Shown: positions 25,983 through 39,043 of the stretch, one piece after another
Layout: every line of letters starts with the position of its first letter
Numbering within the stretch: position 1 is the stretch's first letter
Source: Octopus sinensis
Lineage: Eukaryota
Length of the DNA stretch: 64,000 nt
NCBI RefSeq assembly: GCF_006345805.1
Contig: NC_043006.1
Location: 85,994,001-86,058,000 of the forward strand
Direction of reading: 5' to 3'
Notes under the pieces: generated by a model
The model's input: only the letters and a program-made list of their open reading frames with translations
What the model was told of the DNA's origin: nothing
Database searches by the model: none
Made by a program: the position numbers and the translations under genes

Positions 25983-26648
25983 CTCTACACAGATGCATGC
26001 ATCCACACACACACACACACAGTTTGCTTCCTAACCATATTTTGGATTCAGTCCCACTATGTGTTACCTTGGCCAACTGTTTTCTATAGATATGAGCCAA
26101 CCAAAGCTGACCAAAGGTTTGTTTGTAGATTTCGTAGATGGAAACTGAAAGAAGATGGTCATATATCTCTTATTATAAAAGGCAGATTTTATCTGCCTCC
26201 CTTTGGGAGTTATACAAATCTACAATATAGGATTTCTTCAATTACAATTTACCTAGCATTTTTGAGAGTACAATGCATCGCGTCATGCCAGGTCCAGTTT
26301 TTAAAATTTAAACTCCAATTAAGCAAAATTTACAGAAAACTCACATTCTGGTGTGTGTGTCAAATGCTTTTCTTAGTCTGGTTTTACACCACACGCAAAC
26401 GCAACCACACAGTGGGCAACGAATAAAGTGAAACTAGATGTAATATTTGTTTCTCTCTATCACGCTGATAGATACATGAGTAAAATGTATGGGAAGCTAA
26501 CACATAAGTGTGAGTGAAAATGTTCTTGGAAGAGAGTAAATAGCCAGAGATAGTGATTTGAGGAAGACTTTACATTAAATAACCGTAGTGGCTTGTGTTA
26601 GTAATAAAGTAAACATACATACATACATACATACATACATACATACAT

Positions 26649-26679
<31 letters not shown>

Positions 26680-27039
26680 TACATACATACACACACACAC
26701 ACATACATACATACACACATACATACATACATACATATACATACATACATATACATACATACATACACACACATACACACACACACAGTATTGAAGCTTG
26801 AGAACAATCAGATACATTTGCAACACATCTGTTGAAAATATTATTGTTCACACACATACATATACATATATACATACAGACAGACAGACAGATAGACACA
26901 CACACACACACACATGATCCAGCATGGCCACAACCTCAAGGCTGAAACATATAAAAGAATAACAGAATATAAATGTGTGCATGTGTGTGAGAGAGAGAGT
27001 GTGTGTGTATATGTATGTATGTATGTATGTATGTATATA

Positions 27040-27470
27040 TAATAATGCGGTTTTTTCAACAGCTTGAACTAAAAGTCAGAGGGGAATGGGATAAACTACT
27101 ATATTAACTTGCTATAAAAGCAGGTAGTAATTTTATCTTGTCCTTATTCATAGTGCAAGTTTTGAAGAGTGCATTTCGATTTTAACAGCTATTTTTTTCA
27201 AAGCTATATTGGAACAGCCTAGAAGACGAGCCTCATCCTGAAAGATCTGTAGAACTCGACAAGGACATCCTGAAAACCCTGGTGGAACAAAATCTCATCG
27301 TAACTGTTGAGGAACTAGCAGAGAAGCTTGGATTTGGTCATTCAACCATTCATTGAGACCTGTGTGCTATCGGAAAAGTCAGCAAATTGGGTCAATGGGT
27401 TCCTCACGAACTTTCCGAGTCTAATTGCATGCAGAGAGTGAATGTATGCTTTTCTTTGCTGTCAATCTCA
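27040..27470 (+). mobile_element. Mariner transposase 5' fragment
   Basis: DEPHPERSVELDKDILKTLVEQ...TVEELAEKLG...LGQWVPHELS (mariner WVPHEL motif) with a stop. Confidence 0.85.
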
Positions 27471-27493
27471 CCACTACTACTGCGCTATGTATA

Positions 27494-28129
27494 TCTATAT
27501 ATATAAAACTGTAGTTGTGTAAGTGTCTGTCCCCTTCGATTTAGATTCCTAACTACTCCCACATTTTGCGGTGCAGTTTAACCAAATTCGGGTAGCTTAT
27601 AGTCGTGATTCATATCGAGCCCGTCTGAGTATTAGCGCGCGTCTACGATGAGTCTACGATTTTAAAAATAATTTAACATCATTTTTTATTCCATTTTAAT
27701 GCATAATTTTTCGTGTGTCGATGGCGGCGGAGTTGGCGTCCACGCTCACACCTGCACCTGTGGGGAAGGGAGTGTAAGGAAATCAACGTCGTAATGCGTT
27801 GTCAAGGAGACCAGCGTTCTTTTAGAACAACGACTTCATGGCTTGAAGACACCAAAACAGAAATGGCTAAAAAGCGTCTACATGAGTCTACGATTTAAAA
27901 AAAAATTTACCATCGTTTTTTTTCCATTTTAATGCATTTTTTCGCTATTATATAAGGGAAGTAACTCTCTAAAAATGTCTACGATGAGTCAACGATTTTT
28001 CAAAAAATTTACCATCATATTTTTTCCATTTTTAATGCATTTTTTGCTATTTTTTGGCTATAACTCTCTAAAAATGCTTATATAGTTATTTCCCTTACAA
28101 ACCCGAGCAACGCCGGGCGATACTGCTAG
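27494..28129 (+). mobile_element. Complete non-autonomous Helitron (636 bp)
   Basis: A|TC start, subterminal hairpin CCCG-AGCAACGC-CGGG (28102-28117), CTAG|T end; three internal GTCTACGATGAGTCTACGATT-type repeats. Confidence 0.9.
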
Positions 28130-28149
28130 TATATATATATATATTATAT

Positions 28150-29197
28150 ATATATATATATGCAGACTGTATGACGCATGTGTGCAAACAGCCATGCTAC
28201 ATGGCAGTGAAACATGGGCCATGACTGCTGAGGATATGCGTAAGCTTGTAAGAAATGAAGCCAGTATGCCTCGTGGATGTATGTCAGTGTTCATACCCGA
28301 CAGAGTGTAAGTGCCTTGAGAGAAAAGTTGGACCTAAGAAGCATCAGATGTGGTGTGCAAGAGAGGTGTCTACGCTGGTATGGACACGTAGTAAGAATGG
28401 ATGAAGATAGTTGTGTGAAAAAGTGCCACACCCTAGCGGTTGAGGGAACCTGTGGAAGAGGTAGACCCAGGAAAGCCTGGGACGAGGTGGTGAAGAACGG
28501 CCTTCGCGCTTTAGGTCTCACCGAGGAAATGACCAGAGACCGAGAAGACCCGGCAGGACACGTGCGCGAGAAGACCCGGCAGGACACGTGAGGCCACAAC
28601 CCATGGCCCCTACCTGGGACGTAGTCAGTCCACCTGTGCATACCATCCTTCTTGGGACACTTGTGAAGACCTGTTGAGGCAAGTGAAAATCAAAATCAAA
28701 CCAAATCAAAATAGATGAACATCAATGGAATTTGTAACTTTGTGGTACCAGTGCCGGTGGCACATAAGAAAACCATCCGAACGTGGCTGTAGCCAGTACC
28801 GCATCGACTGGCCTCCGTGCTGTGGGCACGTAACAAACACCATCCGATTGTGGCCGTTCGCCAGCCTCATCTGGCACCTGTGTCGGTGGCACATAAAAAA
28901 CACCATCCGAGCGTGGCCGTTCGCCAGCCTCATCTGGCACCTGTGTCGGTGGCACATAAAAAACACCATCCGAGCGTGGCCGTTCGCCAGCCTCGTCTGG
29001 CACCTGTGTCGGTGGCACATAAAATCACCCACTACACTCTCGGAGTGGTTGGCATTAGGAAGGGCATCCAGCTGTAGAAACACTGCCAGATCTGACTGGC
29101 CTGGTGCAGACTTCGGGCTCCCCAGACCCCAGTTGAACCGTCCAACCCATGCTAGCATGGAAAGCGGACGTTAAACGATGATGATGATGATGATGAT
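28150..29197 (+). mobile_element. RTE-PHD LINE 3' fragment with expanded 63-bp UTR array
   Basis: LREKLDLRSIRC...RGRPRKAW; CCAGCCTC units at 28861, 28924, 28987; (GAT)n tail. Confidence 0.9.
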
Positions 29198-29214
29198 ATG
29201 CACACATACACGCG

Positions 29215-29511
29215 AGTACTGTCCAAATCTCCGACCAATCACATACAGCTAGCTGGCATTCAATTGGCGTATCAAGTTTCGGGCATTTTGATTGGGTTTT
29301 GGATAGAAAATTCACAAGAAAGTCACTTCTATTGATTTTTTAATGGTTTTGTGGGGTGACTGGGGAAATGTAAAGATGTGCACGACCACCCTTGGACGGT
29401 TTTGAATGACCATAGAAAGTTCGAGCCCTCTAACTGAAAAATTGTGGATTTGTATAAAGGACACACACATACACACACAGACAGACATTTTGCTGTTTAT
29501 ATATATAGAGA
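29215..29511 (-). mobile_element. Helitron 5' fragment
   Basis: Minus strand A|TCTCTATATATATAAACAGCAAAATGTCTGTCTG. Confidence 0.55.
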
Positions 29512-30559
29512 TATATATAGTGTAAGTGACCATGATCATTATACATGCGGTGTAATCTTTTCTATGTCTGGTTATGAGGAAATAATGCCTTGCTTGGAAA
29601 CAAGTGCGAGTTGGCAGTCTAGGAACAACAGGAAGAGCATTTAGTTGTATAAAATGACAGCATGGAAAAGTGAATGTTAAAATGCTTTGTAAACTGAATT
29701 TGAATGCCATAGTAAAAATCACTGCCCCAAAGTGCTGCTCTGTAGATTGAACTTAGAACTGCATGGCTGGGAAGTGAATTTCTGAATTGTACAGCTATGC
29801 CTTTTCACATTTCTCTATTTAAAACATTTATACACCCACTAAAATATTTTTTAATCTGTTAGCATTCAGATAACTTTGTCAAATATAATGCCTTATTTTT
29901 CCTTTGTTTTGAATTAATTATCTATAATCACAAAGCTTTGAGGTTTCAATGTGGGGATTGTTTATTTTTAGAATGACATTGTAGAATGGGTGTGAGAGGT
30001 CAGATTTGACCAGTTTAAACATAAATCATGTAGAATATTTGAGCTGGGCAAGGTTGGTTTAAATGCTAAAGGGTTAAACATGTAAACATGTATATGCACA
30101 ATAATAGCAGCATGGTTAAGAAGTTTGCTTTGCAACCATGTGGTTTCATGTTCAATCCCATTGCACAGCACCTTGGGCAAGTATCTTCTACTATAGCCCC
30201 AGTCTGAGTAGAGCCTTATGAATTTGGTAGACAAAAAAGTGTAAGACGCCCATTGTATACATCATCATCATCATTGTTTTAACATCTACTTTTCCATGCT
30301 TGCATGGGTTGGATGGAATTAATTGAGGCAGATTTTCTTCAGCCAGATGCCTTTCCTAATTACTAACCCTCACCTATTTTCAAATAAGGTAATGTGTCCT
30401 CATGGCCAGACATGCTTTCATGGAAGATTGTAAATGAAGGATACTACCTGCATAATGGTAATGCTCATTTACAGCTATTATGTAATGTCAAAGCAAGAAG
30501 ATAGTAACACACACACACACGTTAAAAAGCACCTAATACATTCTGTAAAGTGGTTGGCT

Positions 30560-31290
30560 TAGGAAGGGCATCCAACCATAGAAATAATACAAAAGATGAC
30601 ATTGGAGTTCAGTGCAGTCCTTCAGTTCACCAGTTCCCTGTCAGACCATCCTACCCATACCAGCATGGAAAGTGGATGCCAAATGATGATGATCATCATC
30701 ATTTGATATCCGCTTTCTATGCTGGCATGGGTTGGATGGTTTGACAGGAGCTGACCAGGCTCCATGTCTGTTTTGGTATGGTTCCCATGGGTGGATGCCC
30801 TTCCTAATGCCAACTACTTTACAGAGTGTACTGGTTGCTCTTACGCACCACCAGCACATGTGCTTTTTATGTGGCAACAGCACCTCTGTGCCTGCAAGAT
30901 TAGGGATGCTCAGCTGGGGAGGGTTCCAAGGGATGAGCTTGTATGCAACGGCAACCATGCTTTTACTTAGCACAGCAAACTGCCAGGAGCCTCAGTCTCT
31001 TGTCATCCCTTCTGTGAGTCCCAATGTCTGTAGATCCTTTTTCACCACTTCGTCCCGCGTCTTCCTGGGTCTATCCCTTCCTCATATTCCCTCTATAATT
31101 AGAGATTGGTTCCTCTTGATGCAACTCTCTTCATTCATATGTATTACACAGCCATACCAGTGCAGTCTTCTCTGCTGCACACTGCATCTGATGCTACGTA
31201 TATCCAGTTTTTCTCTCAAATCGCTTACACTCTGTTGTATATGCACACAGACTACCCATCCTGTGAAGCATACTGGCTCCATTAAAGTAT
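30560..31290 (-). mobile_element. RTE LINE 3' fragments and tails
   Basis: LREKLDIRSIRC..RRLHWYG and RTE tail sequence on the minus strand. Confidence 0.75.
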
Positions 31291-31329
31291 ATGAACTAAC
31301 AAAAAATTATCATCATGATCATCATCATC

Positions 31330-31715
31330 ATTATTGTTTTATGTTTACTTTTCCTTGCCTCTATGGTTCAAATGAAGTTTATTGAGGCAGATTTTCTACG
31401 GCTGGATGCCCTTCCTGTTGCCAACCCTCACCTGCTTCCAAGCAAGGTAATATTTCCTCATGGGTAGATATGTTCTCAGAGAATATTGGGAACAAATTAC
31501 TCTGCTTGTAAGACAGTGACAGTCATTTACAACTATCATGTGATGTCAAGACAAGGACGACACACACACACACCCACAACAGGCTTCTTTCAGTTTCCAT
31601 TTACCAAATCCATTCACAAAGCTTTGGTTGGTTTGGAGCTATAGTAAAAGATAGTTGCCAAGGTGCCATGCAGTAGGATTGAAACTGGATGTATGTGATT
31701 GGGAAGCAAACTTAG
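31330..31715 (-). mobile_element. SINE family B (family A head with RTE-type tail)
   Basis: Same head as family A but 3' end GGTGAGGGTTGGCAACAGGAAGGGCATCCAGCC; other copies about 18520-18900, 48190-48600, 50160-50520. Confidence 0.8.
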
Positions 31716-32371
31716 CATACAGCTACATCTGCATCTAATGGTCATACCTCTGCTTAATACAGTAATAGTATTAATTACCATGTTTTATGATAATTATTTT
31801 GACAAATTTCCACCTGCAACTTTTCTTTACAGTTTCTCTATTAATAGTGTTTTGTAGTCTCTGTTGTTGCATCTGTTGGCTTGGATAAAAGCCTCAAAAC
31901 TGTTGATATGATTCAATAATGTGGTCACTTTATTCTAAGCCATTGTTGAAGATTAGGAGTTATAACCCCAATATTATTCTGCTACAAGAATAAATGTTTT
32001 AACCCTTTAGTATTCAGTCAAATATAATGCTTACTTATTAACACTGTTTTGAACTAATCAAGCATTATTTTGTAGCTTTATCAAAATCAAAATCAAATTC
32101 GATGACTGGCGTCCTTGCTAGCAGGGTGCAAAGAGCACCATTCGAGTGTGATCATTGACAGAGCGGCTAACTGGCTTCCATGCCAGTGGCACTTAAAAGG
32201 CACCATTCAAGCATGATCATTACCAGCGTCGCCTTACTGGCACTTGTGCCTCTGCTAGTAGGATGATGATGATTTACTTTTAGCACAGCATTGTAGTTTA
32301 GTTGTGATGTCAATGAATTGATGTAATCCTCCTCCTCTACACTTACTGGCCTTGTGCCAAAATTTGAAACC

Positions 32372-32542
32372 AGTTACCATGTTATGTAGTTGATAGCAAA
32401 CTAATTAGTTATCATGTTGTATAGTTGTTAATGAACTAATTAACTACCATGGAATAATTATTCACCGTGGTAAGTGGTTATTACCAAACAAATTAGTTAC
32501 CATGTTGTGTGGTTGTTAACCAATTAATTAGTTACCATGTTG
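32372..32542. repeat. Degenerate about 33-bp minisatellite
   Basis: AACTAATTAGTTACCATGTTGTRTRGTTG-type unit, about 4-5 copies. Confidence 0.7.
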
Positions 32543-33499
32543 CACATATATTTGTGCGTACTTTTGTCTTAACATAATGTTGGAGCTTCACCGTCACACA
32601 AGTGGTGCTGTTCATTTCCAATATTCCATAAGAAACGTCTAGCAATGAAGAAATATTACCTTACTTGGAAACTGGGGAAGACTAGCAACAGGAAAATCAT
32701 CAGGCTATGCAAAGCGTGTCTCAACAAATTTTGTGTTATCCATGCAAGCATAGAAAAGTGACTGTTGCAGTGATGATGGTAAGAAACATGTGCACATAAT
32801 GAATTGTCAATGAGTTTCTTTTTCATTTCTGGCTGTGGCTGTTTCTCTTGTTTGTAATAATCCTTAGCCCTTTCACTGTGAAATTAAATTACTGTATTTT
32901 AATGTGTATAAGGAACCCCCTAATTTTTGGGGCTTAAAATTTGGAAAAAAGGTTTTGTAAGGGATTAGATAAATTTTTATAAGTGCACCCGCACTTATCA
33001 GGTAATGCGTTTCATTTTTGTGTGGGGAGAGAGAGAGAGATGAGAGACTGTGGATATAGTAAGGAAGAAAGGGCCTTCTGTGAAAGAGAATGTTGTACTT
33101 CATGGAGATTTGAAGTTTGAGAAATTAAGTAAATTATTAATATCTATAATACTATCCATGTGTAAGAAACTCCCATATTTTTCTAACCAAATTTTTGACA
33201 ATAATGGGTTCCTTACACATGTTAAAATATGATATATGGTTATTCCTGTAATATCTGTCAAAAAAATACAATTGTTATTTTCAGTTGGTCATGTTGCCTC
33301 AATAAAGTTGACATATCTTAACAAAAATTAGTTTTAAACATGACATTTCTCAACAAAAGATAGTTTGGTATATGAAACTGATTTCTGCAGTAAAAGGGTT
33401 AACAAAACTAATGTCTGCAGTTCAGGAGAGATTCCAGTTTGGTTGTTGAAATAACATATACAAGAATTGAAAAAGAATAACCATTTAATAATTAGTGCT

Positions 33500-34568
33500 A
33501 CCACTACTGACTTTGGCTGAGCTTGATCTGATACTCTCAAACACAACATTATGGGTTCTGTTCATCAGGAAACACTTTATCCACTGCAGCAGCTTTCCAT
33601 GGACTCCAGTGTTCGACAGCTTCTTCAGCAGGATTTTATAGTCCATTTTGTCAAATGCCTTTCTGAAATCGAGGTATATGACATAAGTGTTGGAGCCTTC
33701 CCCCAAAGCTTTTAAGATGTCATCAACATGGGACAGAAGCTGCAGCAGGCAGTCCCTGTCATCACAGAAACCATGCTGGTTGGGGTTCAGCAGATTGTCT
33801 TTGAGGGGGTGGATTATTTGCGATCTCACTACCCTCTTAAATGCGTTAATAATATGAGAGGTGAGTGAAATCGGACGGTAGTTCGCTGCAAGAGATTTGT
33901 TTCCCTTTTTGAAAGCTGGAATGACAGATTGGGAAAGAAAGTGATCAGAATGTAGCCTGCATCAAGTGAGTTCCTCCAGAACTCAGCTAGAGGGGTTGCA
34001 ATTTGATGTCAATACCTTTTCAGGACTGTAGCCAGGAACCTATCGGGACCTACTGCCAAGTTGTGCCTGATCTTATTTATTACTGTTAGGATATCAGGAG
34101 CACCAAAAGTTATATCAGGTATAGTTGAGGGTTTACATCACTGATACTAGCCAGATCAACTGCATTAGTGTTATCAAAAACAGAGCAATATTTCTGCACA
34201 TGGATTTTGCATCATCATATAGAGTGTTCTCATCAACCAGAGAACCAACAGCGGCTTTGTTTTTTTTTGCAAATGAAAAGAACACTTTGAGATTGAGTTT
34301 TATTTTCTAAGTGGCCCAGTTCCCCTCAGCTGCTCCTTGTTTGTTAATGATGGTCATCATGCCTTTTGGAGGTTCTGTTTTTTCGATTTGAGTGATGCAG
34401 TGGCAGTCAAATGGGTGCATTGGTGCTGGCAGTATTTAAGTTGGTTGATTTTTCTTGTTAGTTCTTTTTATTTTTTTGATAATTTCTCTTCTATTTTGTC
34501 TGCTGTTGCCTACTCCTACAAGGATTGCACTTGTTTTTTGTTCCTGATTTAACTCCGATTTGTCCTAG
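33500..34568 (-). mobile_element. Old CR1-group LINE, inverted segment part 1 (linker to RT VSSG)
   Basis: KVFFSFAKKNKAAVGSLVDEN, QHGF, YLDFRKAFD, KVSSG on the minus strand. Confidence 0.9.
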
Positions 34569-34604
34569 AGCCCATAGAAGATTGTTTTTAGTCAACCATC
34601 CATC

Positions 34605-35750
34605 ATGTCAGCTACCTACGGATCGAAACTGAGATCTGCAAGAAGGGCTTCTCATCAAGATGATGATCCTACCAATAGTCAGCTCAACGAGCAGTTGCTG
34701 TTGCTCAAACAAGAGGTCGAGCACCTAAAGTCTGTTGTTGCTCTCTTACTGAATAAACAGTCTCCTGTTGACACAGATTCACCCTTGATTTCTTCCCTGG
34801 AGACGTCCAAACCGAAGGGAACAAAATCGAAGCGGCCAAAGAAGGTGAAGGAACTGGCGGTCGTTTCTGCACATGATCATTCCTGTGCGGATTCTTCCTC
34901 ATCTGCCTTTTCGGTCCCGGAGGTTCCCCAACCTAATTTGAGGAGCGTAGACTCAAACCCTCCTGAAGACCGTTGTTCTCCCCAAAAGAAGAAACGTAGT
35001 CAAAACTCCAGAGGGGCAGATTTGGCTATGAAACCTGATCACAATAAAATCCGTTTGGATTCTCCTTCACCTGTCCTTCCCATTAATGCCATTGCTCAAC
35101 CAATTCTGAACGATCTCGATGTGAGTTCATCTGGGGAGTGGCGCTCCCCCAAACCGAAGAAGAGGCAATGCAGTTCCAAACCAGGCGGGAAAATTATGAC
35201 CACTAAACCCATTCCGATCGACCCCACAGGCCGACATAAGTCCGATGGCTATGAAACCACCCTTTCGAAATCCTCCAATGAAGAATCGAATACCACAGCT
35301 CATAGTAGAGAACATTTTGCCCACTCAAGATCAGCAATAATTTACGGACAGGCATAAACCGCCTAAAAGATGACATTAATTTTGTTTCCATTTTGGTTGG
35401 AGAATTGTTCTCTGTGAACGAAAAGGTCAGTGTCCTTAAGGTCGCTCGGCTAGGAAGATTCCAAGCGAACCCAACCGCAGATACTAGACCACGCCCAATA
35501 AGGGTAATCTTTTCTTCTGATCGGGAGGCTTCAGTCTTTCTGAACAGAGCTCAGACGCATGCCTGGGAGGACCCCAATATGGGTTTTCGCGAGGAATACT
35601 CACTAAGAGAGAGAATTCGCCGGAGAAACCTGATATCCGAAAAAAGATGAGGAAACAAATGGGAGAGAAGGGTTTACGAATCCAAGATGGACAGATAATC
35701 AAGTCCTACCTCTGGTCCCATGCTGTAGTGCTGACAGGGAAAGTGATGTG
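34605..35750 (+). pseudogene. LINE ORF1, disrupted by frameshifts or a deletion
   Basis: Segments 34605-35357, 35393-35650 and about 35640-35750: coiled coil, Ser/Lys/Pro-rich region, SAIIYG, RLGRF...PRPIRVIF (RRM-like). Confidence 0.8.
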
Positions 35751-38629
35751 AGGGCAAATCGAAGTGAAGTTGATACCCCCGTCAACGATGCTATATCTGA
35801 TACCCCTTATTCTGCTTGTTCCCCAACTCCCGCCCCTCAGACTTCACAGCTCAGCATCGTCTACACCAACTCGTGCTCCTTATTCCCAAAGTTCAGTGAA
35901 CTATTTACACTGGCCATACGTGACCCCTGATGTGATAGCTATCACCGAGACTTGGCTGACTCCAGCAGTAAAGGACTCAGAAATCCACCTGCAGGGCTAC
36001 GTCCTTTTCAAATGTGACAGAGGAAAAAGGCGAGGTGGAGGTGTTGCTGTGTATGTTAAGTCTGAGCACAAACCGTCCAGCGGTATTCTACCCACTAATG
36101 CTCAGCCTACAACAAAATTCGATGCTGTCTATTGCAAGCCTATCTAAGTTTTGCCTGCCCGTGTTGGCTGTCTACAGGCCGCCTCTTGCCGACCCCCAGG
36201 ACGATGCTCATTTACTCAAAGCGATAAGATTCGTTTCAGCTTCGCATGACTGTTTGGTACTAGGAGACTTCAACGCTCCCACAATCGATTGGCCCGCATC
36301 AATTTGTACTACATCTTCCCGGTTCGGCTGGGCCCTTCTTGACGTGGCTGAAGATTGTTTTCTATCGCAACATGTTGAATATCCGACAAGGCATCGGTCT
36401 GGGCAGCAGCCATCTATGCTAGATCTGGTATTCTCCCGCTATCCAAGATCAGTGTCAGACGTATTTGTGTGCGCCCCTCTTGCCAAGAGTGATCATGCGG
36501 TCCTGAAGTTCGTCATGCACACAACTTTTTCTGCGCCCACGACTACTTCGCTGCCACGTAGAGTCTTCTCTGCAATTAATCTTGAAATTCTAACCGAGGC
36601 TTCCGTGCTTCTGGACTGGCGATCCCTGATGACGTTGTCCTCAGTTGACGAACTATGGTCATCCCTCAAAGCATATGTAATCTGTTTGACTGACCAGGCA
36701 GTTCCCGTTGGGCTTCCCAATAGGAAGAAACACAAGCCCTGGGTGACGAAGAGGGTTAAACGAGAACATCGACTCAGAGATATTGCTTGGGCTGAATTCA
36801 AAAATCTGGATTCGACTGCAGCTTTTGAGGTGTACAAAACACAACGAGACCGAGCTGTGAAAATCAAAAAGAAAGAACGCTTCAGTTATGAATACAAAAT
36901 CGCGGCAAATGCCTGTAGCAATCCAAAAACCTTCTTTGCCCATGTCCAGCGGAATTCCTGCTTGAACAACCAGATTGCAACGTTGGTAGACTCAACAGGC
37001 GTATCGATTGAGGACCCTTATCAACAGAGTCAATTATTTGCCGAGGCTTTTTCAACTATTTTCAAACAAGATGATGGTCGTGAACCCCCTCCATTTGATA
37101 GATCGGTACCTCCAATGCTTCGATTGGTCATCACACAGGACGAAGTCAAACTTGTTATTCAAGGCCTCGATGTCAACAAGGGTCACGGCCCTGACGGCAT
37201 ACACCCACGAGTTATCAAAGCGTTGGCTCCGGTCATCTGCGAGCCCTTAACGCGACTATTCAATATGTCATTGGCGACGGGTGTTATATCTGCAGACTGG
37301 AGAACAGCGATAATCTGCCCAATTTTCAAGAAAGGGAGCCGCGAAGACCCGCTTAACTACCGACCAGTTTCCCTTACATCAATAATCAGCAAGATGTTCG
37401 AAACTATCCTTAAGAAAAGTATGATGCTCCACCTCCTAAACACAGCCTCTATCTCTGATTCCCAACACGGCTTCGTGCCGAAGAGATCATGTTTGACCAA
37501 CTTACTAGTAATGGAAGAATTGGTGACGCGCATCCTCGATGATAGTGATGCTGTTGACATCGTTTTACTGGACTTTGCCAAAGCTTTTGACTCGGTAAAC
37601 CACCGCCTATTACTTGTCAAGCTTCAAGCATATAGTTTCCATCCGGATATTGTACGATGGGTTGGTGCCTTCCTCTCAGATCGCTCCTTCCAAGTCCAAG
37701 TTAATGGTTCGCGGTCCGACGTCTCCAGTGCGAGCAGTGGCGTGCCTCAAGGTTCAGTGCTTGGGCCCTTGTTGTTCTTAGTCTTCATAAATGACTTGCC
37801 CGACGACCTCACGCAACACACCCTTCTATTTGCCGACGATATCAAACTGGTCGCTCCTCGCGGTAATATAGAGGATCTTCGTCGATGCCTCCACCAAATT
37901 TGGAAGTGGTCTAACGATTGGGACCTGTGTCTGAACGTGTCAAAGTGCTGTCATCTGCCTGTCGGCTCTACTCCTGCAACTCAACTTGATTTCAAGCCGG
38001 GTCGTCTGCTGCTGGAGAGGACCGATCAGGTAAAGGACCTAGGTATCTTGGTGGATTCCTCCTTTTCGCCTTCGGCCCAGTGTGTCCATGCTGCCAACAA
38101 AGCACGCGGAATTCTGTTCTTGATTCGACGGTCATTCGGAATGCTCACAGCAGCCATATTCCTACCACTCTATGTCACGCTGGTGAGACCCATATTGGAG
38201 TATGGGATTCAAGCCTCTTCTCCTTATCTCCTCAAAGACATACAGCATCTCGAAAGAGTCCAGAAGCTGGCTACCCGCATGGTTCATGGTCTCAAAAATT
38301 TGTCCTACGAAGAAAGGCTGAGGACGCTCAACCTTTATTCTCTTGAAAAACGCCGCCGCCGTAGTGATCTCATTCTCGCCCACAACATCATAAGCGGAAA
38401 GTGTAACCTCTCAAAAGAGCTGTTCTTCACTCCTGCTCCAGAGCGTCGGCTGCGGGGTCATTCCGAAAAGCTCTACCTGCGACGATTTCATCTCAATCGA
38501 AGGAGAGGAGCTTTCTCCGTCCAGGTTGCGGATCCGTGGAACAAGCTGCCAGACGAGATGGTAAAGATGCCGACGACCGCTTTGTTCAAAGCCTCCCTGG
38601 ACCTCAAGTGGCCTGAACTCTTTACATGA
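35748..38629 (+). pseudogene. LINE ORF2 (APE endonuclease plus RT); two frameshifts in APE, RT intact
   Basis: YTNSCSL / IAITETWL / GGGVAVYVK / VYRPP / GDFNAP / SDH; NYRPVSLT, QHGF, LDFAKAFD, GVPQGSVLGP, FADD. Confidence 0.95.
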
Positions 38630-38724
38630 ACACCACCCTGTACTTAACTCCATGTCCCCCTACATGGCCTTGCTATTTGCTTTTGAGCCAAATTAACTAA
38701 CTAACTAACTAACTAACTAACTAG

Positions 38725-39043
38725 TGATTCTGCACTTAGATTTGTTTACTGATCTTAATTGGGTGTGTTTTGCGCATATATTTGTTACAGTTTCTACTAA
38801 TATCTGCCATGATGTGTTAATGTTGGTGGGTGTGTGCGCGTGCATGAAGGCCCAATCAACTTGTGAAAAATCATGATTGATTACATCTCTGTTTGCATTA
38901 TGAAAATCCAGAGTGTCAAATGGATGGGCTGGAGAGATGTCATTGGGTTTGATCTTTGGATGGTAGAATCTCAGATCACAGAGAGTCATGTCACGGTCTG
39001 AAAGTAGTGGTGTTTTTCCATCTGTAATATTATGGATAGTGTC
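38725..39043 (-). mobile_element. Old CR1-group LINE, inverted segment part 2 (end of APE)
   Basis: LLSDRDMTLCDL...FHNANRDVI...; reading continues across the nested insertion into 34568. Confidence 0.8.

Larger units (their letters stand above)
34569..38720 (+). mobile_element. Near full-length young CR1-group LINE (4152 bp)
   Basis: CTAG duplication at 34565-34568 and 38721-38724, (CTAA)n tail, ORF1 and ORF2; interrupts an older LINE mid-frame. Confidence 0.95.

Noticed and set aside
25685-26089. 134-aa ORF of ordinary composition
   Set aside because: Antisense reading of a degenerate SINE running into another SINE.
31920-31990. Minus-strand acceptor followed by QNNIGVITPNLQQWLRIK*
   Set aside because: Short, no partner exons, no recognisable protein.
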